Of a stretch of 64,000 nt of DNA, positions 43,277 to 52,636 are shown piece after piece. A program made the translations under genes and the position numbers. Each line of letters opens with the position of its first letter. Position 1 is the first letter of the stretch. Where the stretch lies: positions 1-64,000 of the IMG/VR virus record IMGVR_UViG_3300042558_003926, one strand, 5' to 3'. A model generated the notes under the pieces. The model searched no databases. It had not been told where the DNA came from and saw nothing but the letters and a program-made list of their open reading frames with translations.

Positions 43277-45307
43277 ATGCCAACAACTCAAAGACTTAAT
43301 GAAGAATTGGTTTTCATTCTTGAAAGACAAGAACTTTTCCTTGAATCCAAAAAGGAGGGATCTAGCGATTATGTTCTAGAGGGTATTGCTGCTGTTTTCG
43401 GTAAAGAAAATAACAATAATCGAATCTACGAGGAAAAAGAATATCTACCTCACTTGGATTACCTTAGAGATAAGATCAAGCAGAGAAGATTAGTTGGTGA
43501 ATTAGACCACCCTGAAAAATTCGACGTTTCACTTAAGAACATTTCTCATATCATAGAGAAGCTAGATTACGATAAGGGAAATAGACAACTTAAAATTAAA
43601 GTTAGATTATTGGACACCCCTGCTGGAAAAATAGCTAAGAATTTAGTTGATGCTGGAGTTCCTTTATCTATATCTTCTAGAGCTGCTGGATCAGTTGGTG
43701 GAGATAAGAAAGTACAGATTAAAAAGATATTCACTTACGATCTAGTTGCAGATCCTGGTTTTCAAGACGCACAGTTAGAAAGAGTATATGAGAGTGCAGG
43801 TTTCACTTATGAAGAATTCTTCGCAAAGAGAAATAACACTATCCTAAACACACTAACTTGCTTAAATGAATCTCTAGGTCTGGAAAACGAATCCCCAGTG
43901 AAGATATATAGAGTTGAAAACAACGAAGAATTTAATAAACTCGTGAAAACAGACAAAAATAAAACATCCCTTATGGAGAATAATGAATTTGTTACCGCTG
44001 ATGAATTGAATCAATATTCCATCTTTCTTAAGAAGGAAATGGATTCGATGAAAAATGAGCTGACAACTATTAGACAACAAAGAAATTCTATTACTGAATC
44101 TAATAGCGATTATTCTAAATCTTTGGTTAGCCAACTTGAGAATAGAGTAGCTAAGTTAGAGAAATATTCAGAATATCTTGCTGAGAATTTAGATAACGCA
44201 ATTAAATACGGAGAATATCTTGCTGAGAATTTAGATCAGAGCATTAATTACAGTAAGTATTTAGCTGAGAACTTAGATAAGAATATTTCTTATTCTAAAT
44301 ATCTTTCTGAAAACGTAGATAAAAACATTTCTTATTCTAAATATCTTGCTGAGAACGTAGATAAGTCAATCAGCTATACTGAGTATGTAGCAGAGAACGT
44401 AGATAGAAATATCGAATACTCTAAATACTTAGCTGAAAAATTAGACCACTCTATCCAATATTCTGAATATTTAGCTGAAAACGTTGATAACAACATCGCA
44501 TACAGCGAGCATATTGCAGAAAATGTTAATAGCGGAATTGCTTATACCGAGTATGTAGCTGAAAAACTAAACGACGGTATTGAATACAGTGAGTATCTTG
44601 CTGAGAATTTGAGTAAAACTATTTCTTATACTGACTATTTAGCAGAAAATCTAAATAGAGGTTTAGATTACTCGGAGTACTTAGCTGAAAAAGTTAAAAG
44701 AGGTATTGATTACACAGAATACATCGCAGAAAGCATTAATGGCTCAGCATCTGGATTAGATATGGGTACATCTTCTGTTCCTCACGTAGGCAACTTAAGA
44801 GAAAATGTTGATGTTAGCTATCATGCAGGACTAAACGAGTCTGGATTTGCTGGAAGCTACGACAATCTTACTTCAAGAATAGATAATTTGATTGAATCGG
44901 TTAAAACACAAAAAACCGAGTCAAATATAAACGAGGCTGCTTCTAGATTTCAGTCTCAAGCCAATACACAAAAGGCTCAAACAGGTGTTCTAAATGAATC
45001 AATTAACGAAGGAGCAACAGGTCTTAAATTTATTGATGAAATGCCAGAGGAATACACTTCAATTTGGGAGTCTCTAAACGAAGGGCATAAGCAATCAATC
45101 ATTGCTCAAAGCCACTTCTACAGATTAGATACTGCATACCAAATTAAGAATTTCTGGTCTACTCGTCAATTAGGAGCTAAAACTTTCGGAGTTCAAAAAT
45201 TGGACGAGAACGAGAATCTAAATGAAAATAACGCTACGCAAGGCTACTCAAGTGATTATATGAATTACATAGCTTCAGCGTTAGAACAAAAATTTCAAAA
45301 AAGGTAA
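43277..45307 (+). CDS. Prohead protease (gp21-like) fused to scaffold/core domain
   Basis: LEGI, NNNNRIY, GELDHP, SHII, LDTPAGKI, ISSRAAGSV, TYDLVADPGF, followed by coiled-coil repeats. Confidence 0.9.
   Translation: MPTTQRLNEELVFILERQELFLESKKEGSSDYVLEGIAAVFGKENNNNRIYEEKEYLPHLDYLRDKIKQRRLVGELDHPEKFDVSLKNISHIIEKLDYDKGNRQLKIKVRLLDTPAGKIAKNLVDAGVPLSISSRAAGSVGGDKKVQIKKIFTYDLVADPGFQDAQLERVYESAGFTYEEFFAKRNNTILNTLTCLNESLGLENESPVKIYRVENNEEFNKLVKTDKNKTSLMENNEFVTADELNQYSIFLKKEMDSMKNELTTIRQQRNSITESNSDYSKSLVSQLENRVAKLEKYSEYLAENLDNAIKYGEYLAENLDQSINYSKYLAENLDKNISYSKYLSENVDKNISYSKYLAENVDKSISYTEYVAENVDRNIEYSKYLAEKLDHSIQYSEYLAENVDNNIAYSEHIAENVNSGIAYTEYVAEKLNDGIEYSEYLAENLSKTISYTDYLAENLNRGLDYSEYLAEKVKRGIDYTEYIAESINGSASGLDMGTSSVPHVGNLRENVDVSYHAGLNESGFAGSYDNLTSRIDNLIESVKTQKTESNINEAASRFQSQANTQKAQTGVLNESINEGATGLKFIDEMPEEYTSIWESLNEGHKQSIIAQSHFYRLDTAYQIKNFWSTRQLGAKTFGVQKLDENENLNENNATQGYSSDYMNYIASALEQKFQKR
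44165..44752 (+). repeat. 14 x 42-bp coding repeat, Y(S/T)(E/K)Y(L/V/I)AE(N/K)(L/V)xxxIx
   Basis: Counted from the translation, from YSEYLAENLDNAIK to YTEYIAESINGSAS. Confidence 0.9.
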
Positions 45308-45325
45308 AAAAAATAGAAAACAATC

Positions 45326-47065
45326 ATGAAACTGATTAACGAACAAGAAATCTATGATACCTGGTCTCCGATTATCGAGAGCAAAGCTGGTATCACAGAA
45401 GAAAGCAAAAAAGGTTGGTTGACTAAATACTGTCACTACCATTCATTAAACGAATCTGCTGGAGCTTATAACACTCTTGGTGTTGTAAACGGTATGGGTA
45501 ACGTTGCCCCACCAGCATTCCCTGGTGCTACTATTGGTGGTACTTCATTCTCAACAGGCGCTAACGCTGGTTTCTACAACACAGCTTGGCAAGGATCTGG
45601 AGATAAATTCCCTTCACTTCTTCCATTGGCTATTCAGGTAGCTGCGAAGACTGTAGGTTTTGATATCGTTCCAGTTATTCCTATGTCTGGTCCTACTGGT
45701 ATCTTGTCTTACTTAGACTACGTATACGCAGGTGGTAAAACTAACGCTGCTACTGCTGCTACATCTGGAGACAGTTTAGCAAAAGCTCCAGCTATGATTA
45801 AATTCCCAGTTTATCAAACTGCTTTAGGTACTGGTGTTACTGGTGCTACTGCAGGTACATTTACTGTTGGACAAAATTACGCTCTTACTAACGGTGGTAC
45901 AATAAACTTATTGTTTGTTGGTCTATCAAGAATTGACGGTTTCCCTATATTCGAGATCAATCCTTCTACAGTTGGTGGTGTAACTGGTATAACTGATGGC
46001 TATAACGTAGCTGGTATCATCAACGGTACTCCTGCTCAAGTAGGTTCTAGCGGATTCTATACTGGTGCTACTTCAGTTAACTACTTAGCTCAGTTAGTTA
46101 AAGGTCTAGAAGATCACATCCAAGGTTTCTCCGGTGCTGGTTTCAATAACACCGACGCTTGGCAAGGTCCTTACGTAGATGGTACTAAGACTTACAACCC
46201 GATGTTAAGAGGTGTTGGTGAGTCTACTTACTACAACTCAATGGGTCTATCGACTTTCACTAAGTTCGTAGAAGCTGAAACTTTCCAAGTAGCTGCTTCT
46301 GTTACAACTGAGCAAATCCAAGACCTTAACAAACAATTCGGTATCGACGTTATCTCAATGATCGAGAACGCATTGGTTAATGAGGTATCTCAGTCTATTA
46401 ACAAGCACATCCTTTCTAGAGCATTCGCTTTAGGTTGGTCTAACCACATCCAGTTCAACAATGTTGAAAACCAAAACTTGAACTTGAACTTGGTAATCGG
46501 TGGTGGTTCTGGTACTACATCAGCTTACGTTAAGAAAGACGATACTACTGGAACTATGGTTATCCCTGGTGGTCCTGCTTCAGGAGGTTACGAGAACTTG
46601 TCAACTTTACAAAGAAGACTATTCTCAAGAATCCTTGCAGCTGCAAACGTAGTAGCTAACAGAGGTCGTAGAGGTCCTGCTAACTTCATCGTTACTAACG
46701 CTGCAGTAGCAAGTGCACTTCAAGATATCTCTCAGTTCACTTTCGCTCCATTCTCTAACACGTTAACTCAAAATAACGGTACTTTATACCCTGTAGGTTC
46801 ACTTGCTGGTATGACCGTTTACGTAGATCAGAACATGAGATACGACGATACACGTGTATGTATTGGTAGAAAAGGTGGTGACGATGAGCCAGGATTGAAA
46901 TTCATGCCTTACATGATGGCTGAGTCAATTCAGACTATCTCTGAAGGTACAATGTCACCTAAAATCGCGGTTAAATCAAGATACGCTCTAGTTGAAGCTG
47001 GTTTCTTACCAGAGACTATGTACTTGACATTCTATGTTAACGTACCTGCTGGAGGTTTAGCTTAA
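45326..47065 (+). CDS. Major capsid protein (T4 gp23-like)
   Basis: WSPIIE, V.PMSGPTG, TTEQIQDL, EV.QSINK, RRGPANFIV, KIAVKSRYAL; strongly biased codon usage. Confidence 0.93.
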   Translation: MKLINEQEIYDTWSPIIESKAGITEESKKGWLTKYCHYHSLNESAGAYNTLGVVNGMGNVAPPAFPGATIGGTSFSTGANAGFYNTAWQGSGDKFPSLLPLAIQVAAKTVGFDIVPVIPMSGPTGILSYLDYVYAGGKTNAATAATSGDSLAKAPAMIKFPVYQTALGTGVTGATAGTFTVGQNYALTNGGTINLLFVGLSRIDGFPIFEINPSTVGGVTGITDGYNVAGIINGTPAQVGSSGFYTGATSVNYLAQLVKGLEDHIQGFSGAGFNNTDAWQGPYVDGTKTYNPMLRGVGESTYYNSMGLSTFTKFVEAETFQVAASVTTEQIQDLNKQFGIDVISMIENALVNEVSQSINKHILSRAFALGWSNHIQFNNVENQNLNLNLVIGGGSGTTSAYVKKDDTTGTMVIPGGPASGGYENLSTLQRRLFSRILAAANVVANRGRRGPANFIVTNAAVASALQDISQFTFAPFSNTLTQNNGTLYPVGSLAGMTVYVDQNMRYDDTRVCIGRKGGDDEPGLKFMPYMMAESIQTISEGTMSPKIAVKSRYALVEAGFLPETMYLTFYVNVPAGGLA

Positions 47066-47088
47066 TCTTAACCACATAAGCACATATT

Positions 47089-47118
47089 AAAACCCTAGGC
47101 TCAGCCTAGGGTTTTTTT
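47089..47118 (+). terminator. Rho-independent terminator after the capsid gene
   Basis: AAAACCCTAGGC-TCA-GCCTAGGGTTTTTTT. Confidence 0.9.
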
Positions 47119-47128
47119 GTGTAGATGG

Positions 47129-47136
47129 GATATATA
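47129..47136 (+). promoter_or_regulatory. Putative late promoter GATATATA
   Basis: Supports a start at 47161 rather than 47125. Confidence 0.65.
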
Positions 47137-47160
47137 GAGAGTAGAAAAGTATTACACCAT

Positions 47161-48324
47161 ATGAAAAATATACCATCATTTAAAGAATTTAATCAGTATT
47201 CGGACTATATCGAAACAACTAACGAAAGCACGTTAAACGAGCTTAGAAATTTAGAAGGTGCAGATCCTATACATTCGGTTAACGAGGGCCACGTAATGAA
47301 CGCAGCCAAAAATTTTCTTTCCAAGTTTTTTCTAGGTCCTCTTTCTAGAGTAGGAGCTATAGATCAGGCTAGAAAAATAATTCTTGAATTGGAATTAGAT
47401 CTTATAGAAAAAAGAAACGATTTTGAGCTTGAGATGGAAGAGATAGAGAATAAAATCGATGAGTTAATAAAGATAAACGATAAAGAAAAAATAGTTTCTT
47501 TAGAAAGAGAAAGAGAGCTAAAAGCTAAACAAATGGATGCTTATGTTAAAGCACAAAAACTTAAGCTTGAAAAATCAAAAGATGTTGCAAGAAAAATAGT
47601 AGACGGTAATGCTAGAAGAAAAGAATACTTAGAAGCTGGGTATGCTGAGGATGAAATAGCTATAGCTGAACTTGAATATAAGTTAGCTTCCCAGAGAATC
47701 GAAGATAAATCCGAACTTGGCGAATACGAAGCAAAAGTTAAGAAGGCTAAAGAAGAAGCAGATGCTAAGGCAGCTCAAATGAAAGATAATGCAGAAAAGG
47801 ATGCAGGGAAGAATGCAGGAAAAACTGGATCTTCCGAAGATGAACCAGAGGACCTATCTTTAGATCCTCAGGAAGAGAAGAAAAAAGTTGCTGGTAGAAA
47901 ATATAAGGATATTATAACCAGAAAAAATGAGCTAACAAAGGAGATTGCCGATCTTAGATCTGATTTGGAGAGGAAATTAAGTAAATTCAAATCGAGAGTT
48001 TCTGGAAATGCTGCTGCGGGTAAGAAGGAATCTAAATATGCTGAATCGATTAAGATTGAGTTATTAGAGATTTGTTCAGCTCTTGATTCGAAAATAAATC
48101 TTCTTACGACCCTTAGAAATCTAGGTAAAACCGAGAGGGAAATAGATAGAAAATTAGGTAAAGAATCAGAATTTACCCAACTAGCAGATAAGATCAATCA
48201 GAGTATCTTGGATGGTGAAGATGCAAATTCAGGGACAAAGAAAATTATTTCTGATTTATTTGGATCGTCCCAAGTTACCCCTCAATCTATAGAAGAGGCT
48301 ATGAGAAAAATAACCGAAAATTAA
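47161..48324 (+). CDS. Coiled-coil putative internal head protein
   Basis: MKNIPSFKEF...TNES leader; paralog-like to the next gene. Confidence 0.65.
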   Translation: MKNIPSFKEFNQYSDYIETTNESTLNELRNLEGADPIHSVNEGHVMNAAKNFLSKFFLGPLSRVGAIDQARKIILELELDLIEKRNDFELEMEEIENKIDELIKINDKEKIVSLERERELKAKQMDAYVKAQKLKLEKSKDVARKIVDGNARRKEYLEAGYAEDEIAIAELEYKLASQRIEDKSELGEYEAKVKKAKEEADAKAAQMKDNAEKDAGKNAGKTGSSEDEPEDLSLDPQEEKKKVAGRKYKDIITRKNELTKEIADLRSDLERKLSKFKSRVSGNAAAGKKESKYAESIKIELLEICSALDSKINLLTTLRNLGKTEREIDRKLGKESEFTQLADKINQSILDGEDANSGTKKIISDLFGSSQVTPQSIEEAMRKITEN

Positions 48325-48334
48325 TTCTCTTAAT

Positions 48335-49225
48335 ATGACATTACTTAAATTTAAAGATTGGGATAACCTGAACGAAGCTAATGTTTTTGATAAAATCAAA
48401 ACATGGTTTAGCACTAATTTTGGTGGAGTTCTTTCAAGGATCGAGGATCTTTTAAGCGAATATAGATCGGCAGAAACTGATTACGTAGATGAATGGGGGA
48501 AGATTGTCGAAGAAATTGACAAACTGGAACTTCAGAGAGCTCAAACTAAATCCGATCCTGCGGAGGTTAAAAAAATAGACCGATACATTCAAAGAAATCG
48601 TCAGTTAATTGAGGATATGAAAAAAGCTCATGTTAAAAAGATAGATCACTTGATGGTGAAGGTCAAAAAAGAAATAGCAGATAGCAGAAAGCTTCAAAGC
48701 TATTGGGAAGTTAATAAAACAAGGATTGACGCCGAGGTTGCTGATGATATGCTAAAAAGATCTAAACAGCTGGCTAATGTCGATCTTTCTGGATCTCTTT
48801 ATTCTAAATACAAAGAAGCTGTTATGAAAGCTAGAGAGAAGGATCTCGAATTTAAAGAAAAATACGGGGATCTTTTGGCTGGACAGAAAAAACCACAAGC
48901 TACTCCGTCTTCTAAGACGAGCAAGAGTGGTTTCAGTGAAGCTGCATTGGATCTTTACATTTCAATGTCTCTAAGTGATTTTACTAAGGAAGTGGAGGAT
49001 TTAGATTCAAAGGAAAAGAAAGAGGTAACTTCATACCTTCTTAAACAAAGGAATGATCTGTATGTCCAGATGGAAATGGAGAAAGAATCAGCTAATTTAA
49101 TGTTTACCAATGATGAGATCAAAAGAGATGAACTAGGTAAAATGCTTAAGGAAATCAGAGAAAAATATATGGATCAAATTAGAGATCTTAGATCAAAAAT
49201 AACTATATCTAGGAAAAATGCTTAG
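48335..49225 (+). CDS. Coiled-coil putative internal head protein
   Basis: MTLLKFKDWDNLNEA leader. Confidence 0.65.
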   Translation: MTLLKFKDWDNLNEANVFDKIKTWFSTNFGGVLSRIEDLLSEYRSAETDYVDEWGKIVEEIDKLELQRAQTKSDPAEVKKIDRYIQRNRQLIEDMKKAHVKKIDHLMVKVKKEIADSRKLQSYWEVNKTRIDAEVADDMLKRSKQLANVDLSGSLYSKYKEAVMKAREKDLEFKEKYGDLLAGQKKPQATPSSKTSKSGFSEAALDLYISMSLSDFTKEVEDLDSKEKKEVTSYLLKQRNDLYVQMEMEKESANLMFTNDEIKRDELGKMLKEIREKYMDQIRDLRSKITISRKNA

Positions 49226-49475
49226 TTTTTATGATTTCATGAACGAGGACGATAGCGAAAAAACTAAAGTTCAACAGATAAAGTTAGATCTTGCTAAAAA
49301 GTTTGATGCAATAGGGATTGCTAAAAATGAAAAAAAGCCAGACGATATCAATTCAGAGATTAAGAGTATAGATAAGCAAGCAGCTCTTTATTTGGAGATT
49401 TCCAACATGATGAAATTATTATCTGCGGAAATTAAGAAAGCTGGTACCACTAAAAAATCAACCAATATATACTAA
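49218..49475 (+). CDS. Small putative internal head protein
   Basis: MLSFYDFMNE leader. Confidence 0.55.
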   Translation: MLSFYDFMNEDDSEKTKVQQIKLDLAKKFDAIGIAKNEKKPDDINSEIKSIDKQAALYLEISNMMKLLSAEIKKAGTTKKSTNIY

Positions 49476-49483
49476 AAGAATAT

Positions 49484-51994
49484 ATGAAAAATCCTTATTT
49501 AAATAATCTAGTAGCTAGCAGAATATTCGAAGGTCACTATACAAAACTATTCGAAAATGAGAAAGTTGATTCTCTAGCAAGCAAGCTAGCTGACAATGCT
49601 CTTAATGTTTTTAAGGTATTAACTTTCGATCTTGCTCCTAAAAGGGATAGAAACCCTGATGTTATTAGGGTTAAGTTATCAGATATTGCTAATTCGGATA
49701 GCGTTAAACAAATGACTGCTAAGCTACTTGATTATGCCGACGATAATGAATTGGTTAATGCTAAATACGCTGAATCTAAAAGACTCTATCTTGAGTGTTT
49801 AAAAAAGCTATGTGATGCTTTAGAAAGAATAGCGGAGATAAGCAAGGAAAAAGGAGAGACGATTATTAAAGGATTTAAGCTATCCCCTACCAAATTACAG
49901 AACATCATAGATAATATAGCAAAACAAGCAGAGGAAGAAACTAAGCTTAAAGCTGCTAATGAATCTGATCTATATGATTACTATGAGGATATTAACGAAT
50001 CTATTTTAGTTGGGTACAGAGGCAGAATAGAAAAAATCAAGAAGCTATTAACCAACCTTATTACTTCCGCTGAAGGAAAGGACCAGAAAAATGGATACGG
50101 AAGGGACTGGAAAAGAACTTTTATAGACCTTGACGAGAAAAGAAAAGTATTAGATATAACTAGATCGGGATTCGGTGAAAAGGACAAGAAAACTCTAGAT
50201 GACCTAGAAAAGCAGGTAACTAAATACCAAACGGAATTTAATGATGCCCTTTTGCAGGCTGCTAATAGATCTCTACAATCACTAGAAGACGACGAGGAGG
50301 TTTATAAACTCTATTCCGATGTAACTGAGCTTGCAACCGAGGCTTTGGATCTACTTACTAGAGCAAAATCCCAGTATGAAATAGCATACAAAGAAATCTT
50401 AGATCAGCACGAAGTTGAGGAGAGCACATTCCTTAAATCTCTATTCCCACTAAAAAGAGGAGACAAAGATACTAATCCTAAAATAAAAGGAAGCAATTTG
50501 ATATATTCCATTCAACTTGCTTTATGTCACGGTATCCCATCTGCTGATAAGCTTATTAAATCTAAAAAAGGACCTAATGGTATTTATGGACCGGCAACTA
50601 CTGCTGTGGTAGCCAGTCTTCAAAAATTATCGGGGAATAAAAATACAAACGGTCAGCTTGACAAGGCTCTTCTAGATTCAATTTTAGCCTCTGATTGGGT
50701 TCAAGTAAAAGACAAGAAAGCGATCGAGAGTGCTTTAGAAATAATTAGATCAAAGACCAACGAGTCCGAATTCTATGGGTATCAGGATAACGTGATGAGC
50801 ATGGATTATTTTCTATCGATTAATGAAAGCAAGATCGTTATAAACAATTCAGAATTTGAGAAGGAGCTTACTTCTCAATATAAAACGGCTTCCGCTGCTC
50901 CTAGCACGGAGGGATCTTCTAAAGGGTCTTCATCTTCTAAAAAAAATGCTGGCTCTAGTGTTAAGGAATTAGCTAAAAAACTTAGAACCGTTTATGGTAT
51001 GAAAATAGAATCTGACGATTTTGTTAAGACCGACGGGACACTGAAATCATCATATACCCCCGGGTTTGTAAGTGCATGGACAAAAGCAATAGATAAAGTA
51101 GGGGAATCTGCTAAAGAATACGGATACTTCTTTTATGATGGCGGACTATATCCTATTAAAAGTAAATACTCTTCTCTGAAAAGACCAAGCAATTGGGAAA
51201 AATGGTCTGTTGTCAGACAAGCAAAATCATTTAATTCTGAGGATGCCTCGGACTTTCTATCTGATTATATGAAATCATGGAAAAGTTTTGGTAAGGTTAA
51301 AGGGGAGGAAAGATACCAGGCAATCAAATCTATTATCAAAAAGAGAGGGGATTCCGATTTAGCAACAGCATATGAATTGATGGACTCTTCAATTCTAAAT
51401 AAAAGCATACCCTATATTGACTTTGATGATCTAAAAGGAAATATCACCAAGGCATTTAATATAGCCCTACAGAAGGGAGAAAAATCCCCAGATCTAGGAG
51501 CTGAAGATTTTTGTGCAGTCAACGATTTCCTTATTATGATTTCTAGTGCAGTTTCTTTCGATGGCAAGAAATTTATAAGCTGTGTTAAATGGATACATGA
51601 CCATGTTCTGGGAGAGGTTACAGCTAAGAGAATAGCTAATGATTCTATTATATTCCTTAAGACTGGAGGTTTCTCCGGTGTAGACGAGATTCTTTCCTAT
51701 AATAGTACAGGTATAATTCTTAGAGACGTAACCACCAAATCTGGAATAAAATCTTTAATCGACAGAGTAAGAAAATTAATTCTAAAGGATCCTACTAAGG
51801 ACTTACCCGGATTTAAGTATCTTATAGACATGGATGATGACGACGATCTAGGAAAAAGTACTCTTTCTTTGAATTGTAAATACATTGCGTGTGAGATTTA
51901 TCCAATAGTAAATTCTCACGTAAAAAGGATGAATGCAAATTCCTTCGAAAAAGTTCCGCAGTCTAAATTCGGCAAGTGCGTAGATATTAGCTAA
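49484..51994 (+). CDS. Large putative virion protein with degenerate peptidoglycan-binding domain
   Basis: PLKRGDKD...IYSIQLAL...NGIYGPATTAVVASLQ...NGQLD; repeated xNES sites; AATATATA at 49464. Confidence 0.6.
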   Translation: MKNPYLNNLVASRIFEGHYTKLFENEKVDSLASKLADNALNVFKVLTFDLAPKRDRNPDVIRVKLSDIANSDSVKQMTAKLLDYADDNELVNAKYAESKRLYLECLKKLCDALERIAEISKEKGETIIKGFKLSPTKLQNIIDNIAKQAEEETKLKAANESDLYDYYEDINESILVGYRGRIEKIKKLLTNLITSAEGKDQKNGYGRDWKRTFIDLDEKRKVLDITRSGFGEKDKKTLDDLEKQVTKYQTEFNDALLQAANRSLQSLEDDEEVYKLYSDVTELATEALDLLTRAKSQYEIAYKEILDQHEVEESTFLKSLFPLKRGDKDTNPKIKGSNLIYSIQLALCHGIPSADKLIKSKKGPNGIYGPATTAVVASLQKLSGNKNTNGQLDKALLDSILASDWVQVKDKKAIESALEIIRSKTNESEFYGYQDNVMSMDYFLSINESKIVINNSEFEKELTSQYKTASAAPSTEGSSKGSSSSKKNAGSSVKELAKKLRTVYGMKIESDDFVKTDGTLKSSYTPGFVSAWTKAIDKVGESAKEYGYFFYDGGLYPIKSKYSSLKRPSNWEKWSVVRQAKSFNSEDASDFLSDYMKSWKSFGKVKGEERYQAIKSIIKKRGDSDLATAYELMDSSILNKSIPYIDFDDLKGNITKAFNIALQKGEKSPDLGAEDFCAVNDFLIMISSAVSFDGKKFISCVKWIHDHVLGEVTAKRIANDSIIFLKTGGFSGVDEILSYNSTGIILRDVTTKSGIKSLIDRVRKLILKDPTKDLPGFKYLIDMDDDDDLGKSTLSLNCKYIACEIYPIVNSHVKRMNANSFEKVPQSKFGKCVDIS

Positions 51995-52026
51995 TTTTTT
52001 AGTCCCGTTTATCTTTATTATATTTG
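51993..52026 (+). promoter_or_regulatory. Putative early promoter (Bacteroidota type)
   Basis: AATTTTTTAGTCCC-N12-TATATTTG. Confidence 0.6.
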
Positions 52027-52032
52027 CTGTAT

Positions 52033-52062
52033 GAAATCTATAGTGGTTTCTGCAATATAATT
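52033..52062 (+). promoter_or_regulatory. Putative middle (ECF-type) promoter
   Basis: GAAAT-N17-ATATAATT, in tandem with the early promoter. Confidence 0.45.
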
Positions 52063-52065
52063 TTT

Positions 52066-52635
52066 ATGATTTATGTATTTGAGGGTGCTAGAAATAGTGG
52101 TAAAACCTATTTAAGCAATTACGTATCTAAAAAATATAACATCCAGCGTTTTCAATTTAACTTTGGGGGTTACTTTAATCTTCTTGGATTAAAAAGTAGT
52201 GACAATAGGGAAGCTCATTCGTTTTCTATGGGAAAGGAATTAATGCTTCTTCAATTAGCTAGAGAGTTTTCTTTTGAATTTCCCGACTTTATTCACGATA
52301 GAGGGATAGTCACAGTGTTAGCCTGGGGATTATATGAGAATAGGATCACTAAGGACGATCTCATAAACCAGATTGACTACATCGAAAAAAATAATCTTCT
52401 GGACGGAATTTATATAATTAGGATTAAGGGTAAAAACCCGAATCGTGCAGATAGAGATAAAGATCAATGGGACTTTGCCGATTCAGATAACGGCGAATCT
52501 GAATGCTTTGAAATGGTTTTTAGTGAATTAGAAAAAAGAAAGATATTCAAGGTTTTTACCGTCAATAACACATTTGATTCGGATGGACTAAGAGAGATTG
52601 ATAACCTATTTAATTTTATAAATACAACAGAATAA
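52066..52635 (+). CDS. Thymidylate/dNMP kinase-like P-loop kinase
   Basis: IYVFEGARNSGKT, FIHDRG; ATG at 52066 preferred. Confidence 0.75.
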   Translation: MIYVFEGARNSGKTYLSNYVSKKYNIQRFQFNFGGYFNLLGLKSSDNREAHSFSMGKELMLLQLAREFSFEFPDFIHDRGIVTVLAWGLYENRITKDDLINQIDYIEKNNLLDGIYIIRIKGKNPNRADRDKDQWDFADSDNGESECFEMVFSELEKRKIFKVFTVNNTFDSDGLREIDNLFNFINTTE

Positions 52636-52636
52636 A

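Noticed and set aside
44165-44752. 42-bp repeats as a CRISPR array or DGR template
   Set aside because: Variation is codon-structured inside an ORF; no spacers or reverse transcriptase are visible.
47125-47160. Upstream starts given in the ORF track (47125, 36464, 52024, 55927)
   Set aside because: Each overlaps a promoter motif or the previous gene; the downstream ATGs at 47161, 36482, 52066 and 55969 fit better.
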